In this document: one piece after another, positions 43,280 through 45,448 of the stretch
Numbering within the stretch: position 1 is the stretch's first letter
Layout: every line of letters begins with the position of its first letter
Virus record (IMG/VR): IMGVR_UViG_3300032320_000175
Location: 1 to 45,448 of that record
DNA length: 45,448 nucleotides
From: a virus
Taxonomy: Duplodnaviria > Caudoviricetes
Strand: one strand, 5' to 3'
The notes under the pieces: model-generated
Database searches by the model: none
What the model was told of the DNA's origin: nothing
The model's input: the letters and a program-made list of their open reading frames with translations, nothing else
Made by a program: the position numbers and the translations under genes

Positions 43280-43783
43280 ATGGCGCTTACCCAAAAAATG
43301 GTTAAAGAGATGTTTGACTACCGTGCAGACGGTAACTTAATTCGTCGCCATTCAACAATGGGTAATGGTAACCATGCTGGTGCTGTTGTTGGTACGAAAC
43401 CAACAGGCGCTCGTAATTACAGGTACAGCTCAACTAAAATTCATGGTGAACATTGGTGCGTTCACAAACTGATTTATCTGTATCACCATGGAGTAGTTCC
43501 AGATCAATTGGATCACATCAATCGGGACTCGACTGACAACAGAATAGAAAATTTACGACTTGCTAGTTTGTCTGAAAACATCTGCAATCGTAAATTGTTT
43601 TCCAATAACACATCTGGCTGTAAAGGTGTTGCTTGGAATAAAATATCAAAAAAATGGCAGTGTTATGTGTCTGTAAATAAAAAGACTAAACATCTTGGTT
43701 ATTTTGAAGATTTAGAGCTTGCCGACCTTGTTTCAACCGAAGCCCGTGATCTGTATCATGGCAAATACGCGACCCATGCGTGA
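43280..43783 (+). mobile_element. Free-standing HNH homing endonuclease (HNH plus AP2-like domain)
   Basis: HKLIY..HHG, DHINRDSTDNRIENLR, NNTSGCKGV.W, HLGYF; more AT-rich than flanks. Confidence 0.9.
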
Positions 43784-43795
43784 AGGAGATATATC

Positions 43796-44173
43796 ATCGC
43801 AAATCCGAACATAATCAATGTCACCACCCTCACAGGTAACACGACATATCTGACACCAGCTAACACGACAGCTAACACCTTGTTGTCTAACGCCGCATCT
43901 TCTGGTCTGGTCTTTAAGATCAACCAGATCGTGTGTGCTAATGTAAATGGTTCCTCTGCTGTAAACGCCACGGTTGCAATCAACAACCTAGCCGCTGGTG
44001 CAGGTACAAACTTCCCAATTATCTCTACGATCTCAGTGCCAGCTAGTGCATCTGTGATCGCGGTGGATAAGACAACGGCTGTGTACCTGATGGAAAACTC
44101 ATCCATTGTGGTGACATCGGGCACATCTAGCGGTATCACTTACACGATCAGCTACGAGTCAATCGCAAGCTGA
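43796..44173 (+). CDS. Tail-associated virion protein, probable non-canonical ATC start
   Basis: AGGAG-N7-ATC GCA AAT CCG AAC ATA gives (M)ANPNIINVTTLTGNTTYL, in frame with the tracked ORF 43880-44173. Confidence 0.7.
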   Translation: MANPNIINVTTLTGNTTYLTPANTTANTLLSNAASSGLVFKINQIVCANVNGSSAVNATVAINNLAAGAGTNFPIISTISVPASASVIAVDKTTAVYLMENSSIVVTSGTSSGITYTISYESIAS

Positions 44174-44185
44174 TAGGGGAACAGT

Positions 44186-45316
44186 ATGTCTATAAGACAA
44201 ATGTTTCCGGGGAGTATTGTTAAGCCGGGGTTCAATCCCTTGATTGCTCCTACGCCTTCGTACACCTATAACTTGTACAGTTGGGGAACCAATGGCTATG
44301 GTCAATTAGGTTTAGCCAATACCACCAGCTATTCAAGTGTCAAACAAGTTGGCTCTCTTGCAGATTGGTCAAAAATATCAGGTACTTATTATGGCTGTAC
44401 CGCAATTAAATCTGACGGAACATTGTGGGCATGGGGTGCTAACTCGGATGGGCAACTTGGTACTGGCAATACAACCGACCGATCAAGTCCAGTGCAAGTT
44501 GGTTCTTTAAGCACTTGGTATTTAATTGCAAGTGGTTTTTCTCATGTATTGGCTATTAAAACAGATGGTACGCTATGGTCATGGGGATTAAATAGCACTG
44601 GTCAGCTTGGCCTTGGAAACACATCAAGTTACTCCTCCCCTAAGCAAATTGGTGCATTGACTACTTGGGCTTATGTTGGAATTGGTGCTAACAACTCTGT
44701 AGCAATTAAATCAGATGGAACTCTATGGACTTGGGGTTTTAATGGAAGTGGCTTTTTGGGTCTTGGTGATACTACCAATAGATCGTCACCTACTCAAGTT
44801 GGTTCGTTAACTAATTGGGCTAAAGCAACAATTGGTGCTTGTGCGCTTGCGGTAAAAACAGACGGAACCCTGTGGTCATGGGGTTACAACGCATCTGGAC
44901 AAATGGGTATTGGAAACTCAACTTATTATTCTTCACCAAAACAAGTTGGAGCTTTAACTAATTGGTTATCGGTTAGTTCTGGATACAACTTTAGTACCTC
45001 TATAAAAACCAATGGAACTCTTTGGGCTTGGGGAAATAATAGTTTTGGACAACTAGGTCTTGGCAATACATCTGGTTACAATTCTCCAAAGCAAGTTGGT
45101 GCGTTAACTACTTGGTTGTCTTTGGCATCTGGACAATATTTCACAATTACCACAAAAACAGATGGAACTTTGTGGTCTTGGGGTAGAAATAATTTTGGTC
45201 AACTAGGTCTTAGTGATACAAGCAATAGATCAAGCCCAAATCAAATTGGTTCTGGTACGACATGGAACCAAATTACAACGGCTAAATATGGCTCTTCATT
45301 TGCAACAGCGTACTAG
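44186..45316 (+). CDS. RCC1/BLIP-II-repeat beta-propeller protein (probable receptor-binding/tail protein)
   Basis: About seven 50-aa repeats AIK.DGTLW.WG.N..GQLGLG.T...SSP.QVG.L..W. Confidence 0.9.
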   Translation: MSIRQMFPGSIVKPGFNPLIAPTPSYTYNLYSWGTNGYGQLGLANTTSYSSVKQVGSLADWSKISGTYYGCTAIKSDGTLWAWGANSDGQLGTGNTTDRSSPVQVGSLSTWYLIASGFSHVLAIKTDGTLWSWGLNSTGQLGLGNTSSYSSPKQIGALTTWAYVGIGANNSVAIKSDGTLWTWGFNGSGFLGLGDTTNRSSPTQVGSLTNWAKATIGACALAVKTDGTLWSWGYNASGQMGIGNSTYYSSPKQVGALTNWLSVSSGYNFSTSIKTNGTLWAWGNNSFGQLGLGNTSGYNSPKQVGALTTWLSLASGQYFTITTKTDGTLWSWGRNNFGQLGLSDTSNRSSPNQIGSGTTWNQITTAKYGSSFATAY

Positions 45317-45319
45317 ATC

Positions 45320-45448
45320 ATGCCAATAGTTTACCCATACACACAATACTCAGGCATCTGGACAATGCAACAGGTGAATGCCGCTGTTGCGGCTGGGACT
45401 TGGCCTACTCAGCCTGTTGCTCGCCTATATGGTTGGGGAAATAATGGA
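45320..45448 (+). CDS. Partial (3'-truncated) probable second RCC1-repeat protein
   Basis: MPIVYPYTQYSGIWTMQQV...GTWP...LYGWGNNG runs off the window end. Confidence 0.65.
   Translation, partial: MPIVYPYTQYSGIWTMQQVNAAVAAGTWPTQPVARLYGWGNNG

Noticed and set aside
43280-43795. Group I intron around the HNH gene
   Set aside because: No flanking non-coding sequence to form a catalytic core; the HNH ORF fills the whole insertion
44186-45448. Diversity-generating retroelement target
   Set aside because: No reverse transcriptase and no template/variable repeat pair differing only at adenines seen in the window
1-45448. Alternative genetic code or stop-codon reassignment
   Set aside because: Genes are full length and tightly packed under the standard bacterial code; all three stop codons are used as true stops

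Overview
Near-complete, circularly permuted genome of a lytic-looking dsDNA tailed phage, probably podovirus-like and resembling uncultured freshwater phages of Betaproteobacteria (host is inference). Layout: lysis genes (1-1105); tail and internal/ejection virion proteins (1186-13283); a leftward early region with ERF, YqaJ exonuclease and an SSB-like gene (13397-18523); a small Cro-like regulator, a DUF1376-type replication initiator and nin-like genes (18658-21607); terminase (21612-23981); two large paralogous PcfJ-like proteins (24676-31423); portal, GroES-like, scaffold and Mu-gpT-like capsid genes (31416-37747); then adaptor, tail fibre, ferritin-like, HNH and RCC1-repeat genes. I saw no integrase, CI, DNA polymerase or tRNA. 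The most striking unexplained signal is a peptide tag, [M/F/Y/L]-x-x-G-G, occurring 14 times in five late proteins at apparent domain boundaries or termini, which suggests a cargo-sorting or polyprotein-processing system. Other signals: a thrice-repeated early promoter cassette (palindromic operator plus covarying 5' hairpin), several structured RNA candidates including a pseudoknot after the capsid gene, a probable ATC-initiated gene behind an HNH insertion, RTX/EGF-like motifs in a virion protein, and apparent restriction-site avoidance. All annotations come from motif recognition by eye; no database searches were run.
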